IMG/VR virus record: IMGVR_UViG_3300049492_000098
Span: 1-25,697 of that record
Direction: 5' to 3' (one strand)
DNA: 25,697 bases
Source: a virus
Taxonomy: Duplodnaviria; Caudoviricetes
Position numbers and translations under genes: made by a program. Each line of letters begins with the position of its first letter. The first letter of the stretch is position 1. A model generated the notes under the pieces. That model was not told the DNA's origin. It saw only the letters and a list, made by a program, of their open reading frames with translations, and did not search any database. Positions 1 through 8,285 of the stretch are shown here, piece by piece.

Positions 1-798
1 GAGTGTCAAACCCTCGATAGATTGGCCGAGGACACTGATAAAACCGGCAAATGCCGGAGTTGCGGATCCTCCAACCGCGGCGGCCAACGCAGTGAAATTA
101 TCGCTCAGAGTTGAAAGTGAACCAGAAACTGTTTTTGATAATCTTTCCGTTGCTCCGAAGAACTGCCCACCTTCGGATGTCATTTTCTGGAATGCCTTAG
201 CGACCTCTTCGGATGAAATCTTGCTATCCGATATCAATCCTCTGATAGCAGTTCCAGCCACTCCAAGGGACTTGGCCAGTTCGGGACCTATGTTGACCCC
301 GCGTTCAATCAATTGATTGAAGCGTTCCCCGGTCAACTTTCCTTCGGCCTGTATCTGTCCGAAAATAGTCGCAAGGTCCCCGAGGTCTTTGCCTGTAGCG
401 GCTGAAACCTCGGCAAGCTGTCTTAGCTGTTCGACAGATTGCTTGGTGCTGGAACCAAAGGCCAATAGCGTGCGGTTGGCATCGGCAATTTCTGACAATT
501 CAAAGGGAGATTCGGCGGCGAATTCCGATAGGACTTGCAGCTGATCAGCCGCACCCTCCGCACTGCCCGTGAAGGAAATGAACTGAGTGGTCAAATCCTC
601 CATTTGTCTGGTCGCGTTCAGAACGAAGTCAAACGTGCCCTTCAAGGCCGTGAGACCGGCGATTGCAACGCCGACTTTTGCAAATGAAGCAGTCAGGGAA
701 TTGGCTTGCTGTTCGGCTTCCTTGGTCTGCCTCACAAGCTTGTCCAGCGGATCGGCTGGATTCGTCTTTACGTTTATGGTTATCGTCGCATCAGCCAT
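1..798 (-). CDS. Tape measure protein, N-terminal part (runs off the window)
   Basis: Not in the ORF track. Translated by hand from ATG 798: MADATITINVKTNPADPLDKL...FISFTGSAEGAADQLQVLSEFAAESPFELSEIADANRTLLAFG...LATIFGQIQAEGKLTGERFNQLIERGV, open to base 1. Typical tape-measure N-terminal motifs, GGGG SD, and it follows the tail chaperones. Confidence 0.93.
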   Translation of the reverse strand, partial: MADATITINVKTNPADPLDKLVRQTKEAEQQANSLTASFAKVGVAIAGLTALKGTFDFVLNATRQMEDLTTQFISFTGSAEGAADQLQVLSEFAAESPFELSEIADANRTLLAFGSSTKQSVEQLRQLAEVSAATGKDLGDLATIFGQIQAEGKLTGERFNQLIERGVNIGPELAKSLGVAGTAIRGLISDSKISSEEVAKAFQKMTSEGGQFFGATERLSKTVSGSLSTLSDNFTALAAAVGGSATPAFAGFISVLGQSIEGLTL

Positions 799-1330
799 TA
801 TTTCCCCTTAGAGCCCATGGAATCAATTTGAGCGGACAGATAACTCACAAGCTCGAATTCCCTGGCAGTCAATTCCTTGTAGCCGATCCGATCCAGGCCT
901 GAGCGCTGAGCTCCGCGTAGGACACCCAAAAGATCGACTGCCAGTTCCACGTCTGCCCTATCCTCTGGCTCCACGTCCTGCAGGTAAGGCGCGCGCGAGA
1001 CGATATTAACGGCGGCCAGCCTTAGGGCTTTTTTTTGGCTTCAATCAACTTGGCAGAGGCAAGGTCCCAGACGAATTCTGTGATGACACTCAGATTATCC
1101 CGGTCCTCAAGCAAAGCATCGAATGATTCGAATGCACCTTCAACCGAAACGATGAATTGCCGACCGACTTCCAGCGCCTTCATAGTTTTCAGATAAATAT
1201 CTGATCCCTCTTCGTTCACACTCCACTTGGATTCGCTCAGAAAACGAAGCTGTTCGATCACGTTCGGAACGCGATATTTGAAGCATCCCTTGCCGTCCTT
1301 GAGCTCAATAGTCTTGATGCATTCAGCCAT
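798..1330 (-). CDS. Tail assembly chaperone GT fusion (177 aa) via -1 ribosomal frameshift
   Basis: A_AAA_AAG at 1034-1028. The -1 frame is open for 76 codons (ALRLAAVNIVSRAPYLQD...SMGSKGK) and stops at TAA 800-798, overlapping the tape measure ATG. Confidence 0.85.
1022..1330 (-). CDS. Tail assembly chaperone G (102 aa)
   Basis: Lies between major tail and tape measure genes; ends KKKP on a slippery heptamer. Confidence 0.85.
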   Translation of the reverse strand: MAECIKTIELKDGKGCFKYRVPNVIEQLRFLSESKWSVNEEGSDIYLKTMKALEVGRQFIVSVEGAFESFDALLEDRDNLSVITEFVWDLASAKLIEAKKKP

Positions 1331-1532
1331 TTTCTCTCACTTCCCAGTCATCGGCAAATAGGTCCTGCATGGTTGGAACCCAGGCTGAAATGTCAGTCCT
1401 GGTTTCAGTCAATGCGAGCAAAGGTTCCCCGTCCGGTCCGGTCACTATTGTAAGATGCTTGGATGCATCCCAATCTTTTCGGACGATATTGAGACCTTCT
1501 TTTGTGCTGTTCAAAGCTTCCGAGAAGTTCAT
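1323..1532 (-). CDS. Tad2 / DUF2829-like protein (69 aa), candidate immune-signal sponge
   Basis: MNFSEAL...K.G...RKDW...WVPTMQDLFADDWEV matches the DUF2829/Tad2 pattern (F.EAL...K.G....R..W ... W.P...D..A.DW). Confidence 0.8.
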   Translation of the reverse strand: MNFSEALNSTKEGLNIVRKDWDASKHLTIVTGPDGEPLLALTETRTDISAWVPTMQDLFADDWEVRENG

Positions 1533-1538
1533 ATTGGC

Positions 1539-3074
1539 TCACAGAAAGTTGATGTAAATGTCTTCCAGGTCATCACCGACAAACGCCGTTGCTTCGAACT
1601 GTTCGACGATATAGCCGTCTTGATCCGCAATCGTGTTGGAAGTGATTGAGCAAGTCGGGGCGAACACATTGACGATAGTGCCTGGAACCCAATTGCCAGC
1701 TACCTTCGTTCCGTGAACAAATGACAGCTGGGTGTCGACGTTGTTGATCAGGTTATAGAAGCGCTGCACGTCGTTCTTTTGGAACTTCAGCGTGCCCGAG
1801 ATTGTGACTTCACGGGTCAAGATCACCGACTCATCAATACCGGTCTCTGCACACCAGTTGGGGACATCGGTCTTGGGAGTGCTGATACTCACGGTTAAGG
1901 CCTGTCCACCCACACACAGATAATCGCTGAAAGTTCCGAGCTCGAGCATGTTGTCACGAACCACTTGCGGCGGTTGGCTATCGTAGGCGGGCGTGACGCC
2001 TGGGCTATAGTCCTGAGCGTTGTCGGAAGTGTAGGTGAAAAATCCGGTGTCATCGGTATTGGAAAACCCGAGTTTGGTCTTGGCACTGTTCGCAGTGTTC
2101 GTTCCAGTCAGCCACTTGAGTGTGAACAGCGTGCCGCCGTTGCTGGCAATCGTGAACTTTCCGGTGCTGTTCGACCAGGTGCAAGTGATTGTATCGTTGC
2201 CGGAACCAACGGAAGCGGCGGTCATCTTGCTGGCTATCTCGTTAGCCAGGTCGATGGGAGTGGAGTAGGTTTTCTCTTCCAGAATAGCTGCAACCGTCCC
2301 CACGTCGTCCGTGAAGTCGATATATTTGCTGGTAGCCGTGATAGTGATCGGATTGATGAAGTATTCGATTCCGCCAAGTTCGAATGTGACGGCGGCCAAC
2401 TCATTCGCTGTAAATTCTACGTTCATCGCCGTCGTTCGACACCCGGCAATAGCCTGATGCAGGGCAGACGTTGCAGCGGACGCCTGATACATATGCGCCG
2501 TGTAGGTCGGCTGATCGGTGTCTGGTTTATAAAGGACAGCTTTGCCAAGGCTGACGCCAGCCGCCGGAGCTACCCCCAAATTGAACGCGAGTGGAAGGTT
2601 TGTCGAAGTGATACCAGCCCATACGTTCCGAACAGCGTAATTATTGACCGCGTCCTTGATCAGCAGCGCCTGGCCCTTTTGAAAGTTGGCCTCAACTCCG
2701 GCGGTCACCTTGATATTTCCGCGCACTGAAGCGGTTCCGGCGGTCGACGATGCAGCGGTCGTGTATTCGGTGGAAGCAACAACCTCGGCACCGATACAGG
2801 ATTCGATCAAAATCCCATAGTCCGGCGCAATACCCTCGGATCCGCTGGGCTTGAAGTATTTTGGTATCGTGCCAGTAGGTGACTGAGAAGTGACGAACGC
2901 CTTGGAAGCGCCGATAGAGTTTCTGAGCTCGTCGGAAGTCACGGTATTGACCGCACCGCTCAGGGCTGCACCCTCCCGGACCACGGTGAATTCGTTGGCT
3001 GTCGGTGCAACGAACACGCCTTCGGTGACCTCGGGCACAAAAGCAAATACGCTCGAACGTGATGCATAAGCCAT
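1539..3074 (-). CDS. Major tail (tube) protein, 511 aa, with probable inserted domains
   Basis: N-terminus with E.T.G...AP and SDELR, C-terminus REVTISGTLKF...FEATAF typical of siphoviral tube proteins; position upstream of chaperones. Confidence 0.8.
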   Translation of the reverse strand: MAYASRSSVFAFVPEVTEGVFVAPTANEFTVVREGAALSGAVNTVTSDELRNSIGASKAFVTSQSPTGTIPKYFKPSGSEGIAPDYGILIESCIGAEVVASTEYTTAASSTAGTASVRGNIKVTAGVEANFQKGQALLIKDAVNNYAVRNVWAGITSTNLPLAFNLGVAPAAGVSLGKAVLYKPDTDQPTYTAHMYQASAATSALHQAIAGCRTTAMNVEFTANELAAVTFELGGIEYFINPITITATSKYIDFTDDVGTVAAILEEKTYSTPIDLANEIASKMTAASVGSGNDTITCTWSNSTGKFTIASNGGTLFTLKWLTGTNTANSAKTKLGFSNTDDTGFFTYTSDNAQDYSPGVTPAYDSQPPQVVRDNMLELGTFSDYLCVGGQALTVSISTPKTDVPNWCAETGIDESVILTREVTISGTLKFQKNDVQRFYNLINNVDTQLSFVHGTKVAGNWVPGTIVNVFAPTCSITSNTIADQDGYIVEQFEATAFVGDDLEDIYINFL

Positions 3075-3524
3075 TTAGGTATTCTCCTCATAGGTCACTG
3101 AGATTGTGGCGACGATGATGATGAATTGCTTTTCATCATCAAGCAGGTATTCCAGACCGTTGTCAAAAACAAATCTTGACGTAATGGCGTTCCCCGTAAG
3201 GGTCACGTCCTTCTCTATTGCGGCGACAATTGCGAATTCATCGTTTAAAAGGCTGTTCTCAAGGCCTTCCCGGTAGTCCGGATCAAGGCTGGGAGTATAG
3301 ACGTTCGTAAGGATGACCTGGAACTGTCGGCGGATTCTGATAGTCCCAGGACACCACTCATCCGATACGTTTTCCCCTGGGCTGAACCCAACCGAGTAGC
3401 CTTTGCTGAGCGAAAGGTTTGGGTTATCGGAAGTCTGGTAGCTATCGGACAGCTTCACGTATCCCGTGACCGTGGCTTCGATCAGAGAGTCGAGGTAAGT
3501 CCTGATATCGACGACTTTGCTCAT
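3075..3524 (-). CDS. Putative tail terminator/completion protein (149 aa)
   Basis: Size, position directly before the tail tube gene, terminal beta-strand ATISVTYE. Confidence 0.55.
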   Translation of the reverse strand: MSKVVDIRTYLDSLIEATVTGYVKLSDSYQTSDNPNLSLSKGYSVGFSPGENVSDEWCPGTIRIRRQFQVILTNVYTPSLDPDYREGLENSLLNDEFAIVAAIEKDVTLTGNAITSRFVFDNGLEYLLDDEKQFIIIVATISVTYEENT

Positions 3525-4372
3525 CGCGTTGCCCAGGACGTGGAGTTCCGCGTCACTTCCTGCCTATCTTTTCTTGCGTTGGCATTGGTATCGACCTGGA
3601 AATGTCCCTGGGTCATTGCGGTCTCAAAACTATTGCTGGCCAGCTGTATCTCGGACGCATAGTTTTTCGCGCCAAGTCCCGAATAGATAATGTGCGCAGT
3701 TTTGTGAACTGCAGCACTGCGTAATGAGGCGATATCGAGAATTTGGTTGTTAGTGAAAAGAATTCCACGTTGCACCATTATTTTAGAGATATACGTTGCT
3801 GCCAAAAGGTGTTGATCATCCCAGTTGGTCTTGCCAGTCTTCCACCCGGCTATCAGCGTGGGCTGCTGAAGCATCGGGTATTCCTGGAATAGGTCAACAT
3901 CGGACGTGAACTTCTGGCCAATATATTCGAGCGTGATTTGCGTTGCGGTCGCAAATGATATCCGCATCCAGTAGGAGTCATAGATAACCGGACCGCCTGT
4001 CAGTGCAGGAACATTGACAGCCGATGAGTTGGAAATAATTCCCCAGCCCTTTTCCTCATCCGTTGTCCACTGCACCACTCCGGACGCAGTCATGCCAGCA
4101 GTATAATCAAGCGTGTCGACGACCGGGCTCCATTCGTCCGGACTGTTAAGGACTTCGACTATAGGCGCTTTGTATAGGGGAGAAACCACACTGAGTTTGA
4201 AAAACTTATGGTTGAAAGGCAGAAAGGTGGAAATATAAAGGTAGTCGCCTGTATTGAACGTGAATGCGAGGCTCTTCCCGTTGTTCCACTCGTTCAAGGC
4301 GACCGTACAATCGAGAAATGACGGCACCGAGGCGTCGTAAAAAATTATTCTTTGGTCAAGGTTAGACTGCAT
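3521..4372 (-). CDS. Putative head-tail connector/neck protein (283 aa)
   Basis: Position in the head-tail region; beta-rich N-half and helical adaptor-like C-half; ATGA coupling to the next gene. Confidence 0.5.
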   Translation of the reverse strand: MQSNLDQRIIFYDASVPSFLDCTVALNEWNNGKSLAFTFNTGDYLYISTFLPFNHKFFKLSVVSPLYKAPIVEVLNSPDEWSPVVDTLDYTAGMTASGVVQWTTDEEKGWGIISNSSAVNVPALTGGPVIYDSYWMRISFATATQITLEYIGQKFTSDVDLFQEYPMLQQPTLIAGWKTGKTNWDDQHLLAATYISKIMVQRGILFTNNQILDIASLRSAAVHKTAHIIYSGLGAKNYASEIQLASNSFETAMTQGHFQVDTNANARKDRQEVTRNSTSWATR

Positions 4373-4380
4373 TCATCGCC

Positions 4381-4869
4381 TCAAGGTTTAGTCACCATAG
4401 TTCCGCGCATCGAAATTGTCATATTCTCTATCTTACCGCCGGTCGTAAGATTATCACTAACAGTGATACGATAGAAATCACCTCGGTTTGAATTGAAAGT
4501 CACGGGTGTTTTAAAGTTCACTATTCCCCTGACAACATTCCTTGTTCCTATGATCTTTCCCAGGAAATCCGCGCCTATGAATTGAATCAAATCAAAGTTT
4601 GTTTTTATGATACCCGTTGCTGTCTGGGTAGTCGCTCCGAGTTTCAATTCGGTAGTCAAACCGTTCGTCAATGCTGCAAAATCCCAGAACTCTGTCGGTA
4701 GTGATATGGTTCCAGTGCCGGTCATTTGCAAAATGAGTTCATCGCATGAGAATAGTTCATTTGCTGACAAGGGCATTGTAAAAACTACCGGCGTCACTGA
4801 GCCATTGACTGCCATATTTGTCGAAGAACCGTTCGCCAAAAAGCGCCTTACAGGGAATACGGTAGCCAT
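4381..4869 (-). CDS. Putative virion protein (162 aa), paralog of 4869-5468
   Basis: Shared motifs GS..TPV.F, LTNG and V.D.LT with the neighbour. Confidence 0.55.
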   Translation of the reverse strand: MATVFPVRRFLANGSSTNMAVNGSVTPVVFTMPLSANELFSCDELILQMTGTGTISLPTEFWDFAALTNGLTTELKLGATTQTATGIIKTNFDLIQFIGADFLGKIIGTRNVVRGIVNFKTPVTFNSNRGDFYRITVSDNLTTGGKIENMTISMRGTMVTKP

Positions 4870-5468
4870 TAAAATGTTCCCTCCAAGACGAGGACCGAAG
4901 TCCTATGGTAGGCGATGAGTGTCAGATCATCCCTCACCCGCGTTATCAAGCTCGATCCAGCTGCAAAATCCCACATAGGGTCAAAGGTCACCGATCCGAT
5001 CCAGGTATTCTCCGTTGGGTTCTCCGTTATCTCGATACTATTTATCTGAGCATCGACGAAGTGACCGTATTCGATGATCCGCTGGAAGTTGAAAATCTCG
5101 GTTTCAACCGCCGACGGACTTTTCCGAATGAACTGAGTTCCATTAGTCAGCCCACCCGAAATCGGTCCATAGTCCATCAAAGTAATATCGTTATTGGTCA
5201 CCATGATGATATCCAGGCGCTTCAGCATTGTCCGCGTTGCAAAGGGAATGCTGAAATCGACTGGTGTTCCAAGTGAACCCAAAATATTTTGTTCTCTCGA
5301 TCCCGCTGGTAGTCCACCGACTCTGAAGTATTTAAGTGCGTAATTTAACCCAGTTTGAATCGGGAGTACAGAGTATCCTGTAGGCTGCACCCTCACGGTG
5401 CTGGAAGCATAGTTCCCGCCTGGGAGAAACTTTCCTACTTCAAGATCGGTGATCGGGATTCGAACCAT
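4869..5468 (-). CDS. Putative virion protein (199 aa), paralog of 4381-4869
   Basis: GSLGTPVDF, GGLTNG, RVRDDLT; TAATG overlap with the downstream gene. Confidence 0.55.
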   Translation of the reverse strand: MVRIPITDLEVGKFLPGGNYASSTVRVQPTGYSVLPIQTGLNYALKYFRVGGLPAGSREQNILGSLGTPVDFSIPFATRTMLKRLDIIMVTNNDITLMDYGPISGGLTNGTQFIRKSPSAVETEIFNFQRIIEYGHFVDAQINSIEITENPTENTWIGSVTFDPMWDFAAGSSLITRVRDDLTLIAYHRTSVLVLEGTF

Positions 5469-5472
5469 GGAA

Positions 5473-5715
5473 TCAGCTTTCTATTGGCTCCGATTTTATT
5501 CCCGTAGGAATCACCGGCTCAGTTATTTTCGGTGCCTTGCCCGGTTCTTTGGCCGTCAATCTTACGATTGCCCAGGACGCGCCGGTGGAACTTTCCCCCC
5601 ACTGTACGATAGTCGCTGGAACCTGAACCTGATTTACGAGTTCAATAATCAACTTATCCCAGCTGCGACCGGTGATTTTTACATATTTAGAAAATCCGTT
5701 CAGATCCTGAATCAT
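5473..5715 (-). CDS. Hypothetical protein (80 aa) downstream of capsid
   Basis: Fills the gap in operon orientation; no recognised motif. Confidence 0.6.
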   Translation of the reverse strand: MIQDLNGFSKYVKITGRSWDKLIIELVNQVQVPATIVQWGESSTGASWAIVRLTAKEPGKAPKITEPVIPTGIKSEPIES

Positions 5716-5758
5716 GAATAAGCCCTGGTTTTTGTTTTTCTTGAATCAGTCATACCTG

Positions 5759-5799
5759 AAAAATCGGCGTCCGACTTCCAAAAAGAAAGTGGGACGCCG
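5759..5799 (-). terminator. Intrinsic terminator-like hairpin after major capsid gene
   Basis: CGGCGTCC-g-ACTT...AAGT-g-GGACGCCG stem (5765-5799) followed on the minus strand by A then U5. Confidence 0.65.
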
Positions 5800-5821
5800 T
5801 TCCACAGGGTAACTCAGAGAA

Positions 5822-6688
5822 TTAAGCGCCGGTTTGAACTTTGATATGGCGTGCAGCGCCTTGAATACCAAGTTTCGCACCGATCAGCATGTCGACAGAC
5901 AGGACAGCCGCAAACTCATGGCTGGAATGCTTGTCAGAGATTTTGAAGCGTGGCTCCATTTGGGTCACAAGATACATAAAGTCAGGGTGAAAGAAGAGAC
6001 CGCCCGAGGTCGCAGAGATCGACTGGGTGTTGTCTTCGTAGATGTTAAAACCATAACGCTGTTTGGCAATCTGTCCGTTGATCACGGGCAGGTCGGTGCC
6101 GGTATAGTCGGAGTTTGTCATGGTTGTATCGGTCAAAAGGTCGGAATAGTACTGAGGAGCCAAGAGAGAATACCAGGGCTTGTTGTAAGACCACTTCGCA
6201 AGAGCGGCGGTCTCACGCGCGAGAGCCACGGTCGCAGCGGTCATGGTGGTGACCGATGGAATGGTTGTGGTCGGTGCCACAAGTGAATAGAGATATGTGT
6301 TCAGCTGGTTCGAAATACCCTGAACCATGGCCGCTCGGACTTCTTGAGCCGAGGTTCCCATTGGATCAATCAGAGATTGGATCCAAACCAAGTCCTCAAT
6401 GTCATACGATGCGACGAGGCGCTGGTCGACTGTCACCGACACGCTGGAAAGCGACAGTGCTTCAGGTGTGAATGTTCGTCCGGTAGCACCGGAGATAGTC
6501 AAACGCTCACCGGTTGTGGCATTGACTTGGTTCACTTTCACGGTATCGCCGTGCGCCTGCAATGCTCCGCTGTATTCACGGTTCACAAGCTGATATAGGA
6601 GGTTGGTTTGACGCAATTGATCTTGAAACAGGGTTGGCCAGAAAGTCTGAATCGCGGTCTGCACGGCGGCAATGTTTGTATCTGTCAT
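5822..6688 (-). CDS. Major capsid protein (288 aa, HK97 fold, P22-coat-like)
   Basis: LVNREYSG...GDTVKV near the N-terminus, YGFNIYE, LFFHPDF, SVDMLIGAK near the C-terminus; follows scaffold; AAGGGTG SD. Confidence 0.9.
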   Translation of the reverse strand: MTDTNIAAVQTAIQTFWPTLFQDQLRQTNLLYQLVNREYSGALQAHGDTVKVNQVNATTGERLTISGATGRTFTPEALSLSSVSVTVDQRLVASYDIEDLVWIQSLIDPMGTSAQEVRAAMVQGISNQLNTYLYSLVAPTTTIPSVTTMTAATVALARETAALAKWSYNKPWYSLLAPQYYSDLLTDTTMTNSDYTGTDLPVINGQIAKQRYGFNIYEDNTQSISATSGGLFFHPDFMYLVTQMEPRFKISDKHSSHEFAAVLSVDMLIGAKLGIQGAARHIKVQTGA

Positions 6689-6741
6689 CTTCTCACCCTT
6701 TCATTTATGAATGATTGGATGAGAAGAAAATCCTCACCCGA

Positions 6742-7356
6742 TCAATATTTAACTCGTTTATCTTTCAGTGCTTGCTGGCGCTCGGCGTGGGAGGGTAAAG
6801 CCTTCCATTGCTCGGGTGTCAGCATCATTGCATTAGAGGATTTATCACTTGGCAGGAAAGCCTTGGCTGGTGCAATAAGTCTAGGGTGCTCTTTCTGAAA
6901 ACCAGTGACAGCCTCAACAAGCGTTAGGTGATCGATATCACCCTCTGCTGTGAACTGAATCTGATCCAGCGGGAGCAAGCCAAGATACTTGGAGTCGAGT
7001 TGAACCCCTTTTTCTTGAAGGACACCGAGTGCCGCGTTAAGTTTTCGAGCGTCTCTATGGTCTTGAATAAGTGAATTGTTTTTCGCGGACAATTCGTCTT
7101 TTTCGCGCTTGAGCTGCTCGATCAATTCAACGTGTTTTTTCTCGGATAAAAGCTTTGATTCCTCGAGCGTCCGCTTCTCGGTCTCGAATACCAAAAGCCT
7201 GTCCTCGGCTTCCTGTAACTTCTGCTTTGCATTCCGTTCCGATTTGACCGTTTTCTCATAGGTCTCACGCGGAACATGCTTTGGCTTTCCGTCACCCCCT
7301 CCGCCGCTGGCATCGGGTGAATCTCCGCTGGAGATATCTGGTGTGTCTACTTGCAT
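6742..7356 (-). CDS. Capsid scaffolding protein
   Basis: Disordered N-terminus, E/K-rich coiled coil, KEHPRL motif; directly upstream of capsid. ATG 7356 with AAGGA SD preferred over the track start 7377. Confidence 0.8.
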   Translation of the reverse strand: MQVDTPDISSGDSPDASGGGGDGKPKHVPRETYEKTVKSERNAKQKLQEAEDRLLVFETEKRTLEESKLLSEKKHVELIEQLKREKDELSAKNNSLIQDHRDARKLNAALGVLQEKGVQLDSKYLGLLPLDQIQFTAEGDIDHLTLVEAVTGFQKEHPRLIAPAKAFLPSDKSSNAMMLTPEQWKALPSHAERQQALKDKRVKY

Positions 7357-7384
7357 GATACGATCCTTTTTTTGCAATTGTCAA
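7355..7384 (-). promoter_or_regulatory. Sigma70-like promoter TTGACA-18bp-TATCAT
   Basis: -35 at 7384-7379 and -10 at 7360-7355, pointing into scaffold/capsid. Confidence 0.45.
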
Positions 7385-7399
7385 TAGGACGCTATAGAA

Positions 7400-7849
7400 T
7401 CATCGGGTCCTTAGGTTGGCCTTCACGAAACTCGCAGCGTCCTTGATTTCTTTTCCGCTCAATACCATGAACCGCCTTCCCGCCTCTTCCACCCAGTTGG
7501 CCTTGTCTTGTTCTTTCTGGGTTTTGAATCCAAGGAATAGCGAAGTGCGCGTTGCCCGTTTTATGATCATCGAATCGAGCATCTTTCCCGTCTGAGTAAG
7601 ATTGCTTGCCCGCCCGGTCGCTGCTTCGGGGTGCCTTGGCTGTTTCAATCTCCACTTTGCATACTTGTCAGTGACCCGGCGCAGCTTCGATGCAGTTCCC
7701 CCAGGCTGGGAGACACCCTTCCCCTCTCCCCGTGTTCTCTTTCGAATCGTTTGAATGATAAAAATCCCTAGCCGCTGCATTGCGGCTGGGGAATTTATTC
7801 GAGACAGGATTTTTGAGAATGCAGACTGAACTTCATTACTCGCTGTCAT
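7400..7849 (-). CDS. Virion morphogenesis/neck-type protein (149 aa)
   Basis: Basic; IRKRTR.G, Y...R, NLTQTGKMLDSM motif typical of virion morphogenesis proteins. Confidence 0.6.
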   Translation of the reverse strand: MTASNEVQSAFSKILSRINSPAAMQRLGIFIIQTIRKRTRGEGKGVSQPGGTASKLRRVTDKYAKWRLKQPRHPEAATGRASNLTQTGKMLDSMIIKRATRTSLFLGFKTQKEQDKANWVEEAGRRFMVLSGKEIKDAASFVKANLRTR

Positions 7850-8285
7850 CGCGCACCTTGTCCACTATTTGTTTTAGATCTTTTTGTAGAATATCTAAAA
7901 ACGGTCTGGCCTTACCAGGGATCGGCGACGGTTGGCCATACGTGCCAAGGATATTTCCCTCTGCCTTTCTTTCGAGATGCGTACCCTTCTTGTAGCCCAC
8001 CGTGATTTGACCCGTAGGGGAAAGGCTTGGGAAGTACTGCATACCGTCAAGCATATCGTGCGAGAGGCTGAGGTCAACCGGCCCACCAGCCGACACACCT
8101 TTTTTCTTGGCATATTCATCAGTGTATTGCCCAGCCTTTCCGCTCCAATCATTGCCCGATACGTTGTATCCCTTCTTGGATCGGTCACGGATATATTCCA
8201 TGACACGCTCAGCAACGTCCGCTCTCTGAGATGGATCAAAATCCTTGGGTATCTTAAGGACTAATTTGGTCTGTTTGTTGCTCAT
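7836..8285 (-). CDS. Virion morphogenesis/neck-type protein (149 aa), paralog of 7400-7849
   Basis: IRDRSKKG, YAKKK, VDLSLSHDMLDGM and C-terminal ARPFL. Confidence 0.6.
   Translation of the reverse strand: MSNKQTKLVLKIPKDFDPSQRADVAERVMEYIRDRSKKGYNVSGNDWSGKAGQYTDEYAKKKGVSAGGPVDLSLSHDMLDGMQYFPSLSPTGQITVGYKKGTHLERKAEGNILGTYGQPSPIPGKARPFLDILQKDLKQIVDKVRDDSE

Noticed and set aside
5712-5753. 13-codon ORF MTDSRKTKTRAYS overlapping the 5715 start
   Set aside because: No properly spaced SD and short enough to be chance.
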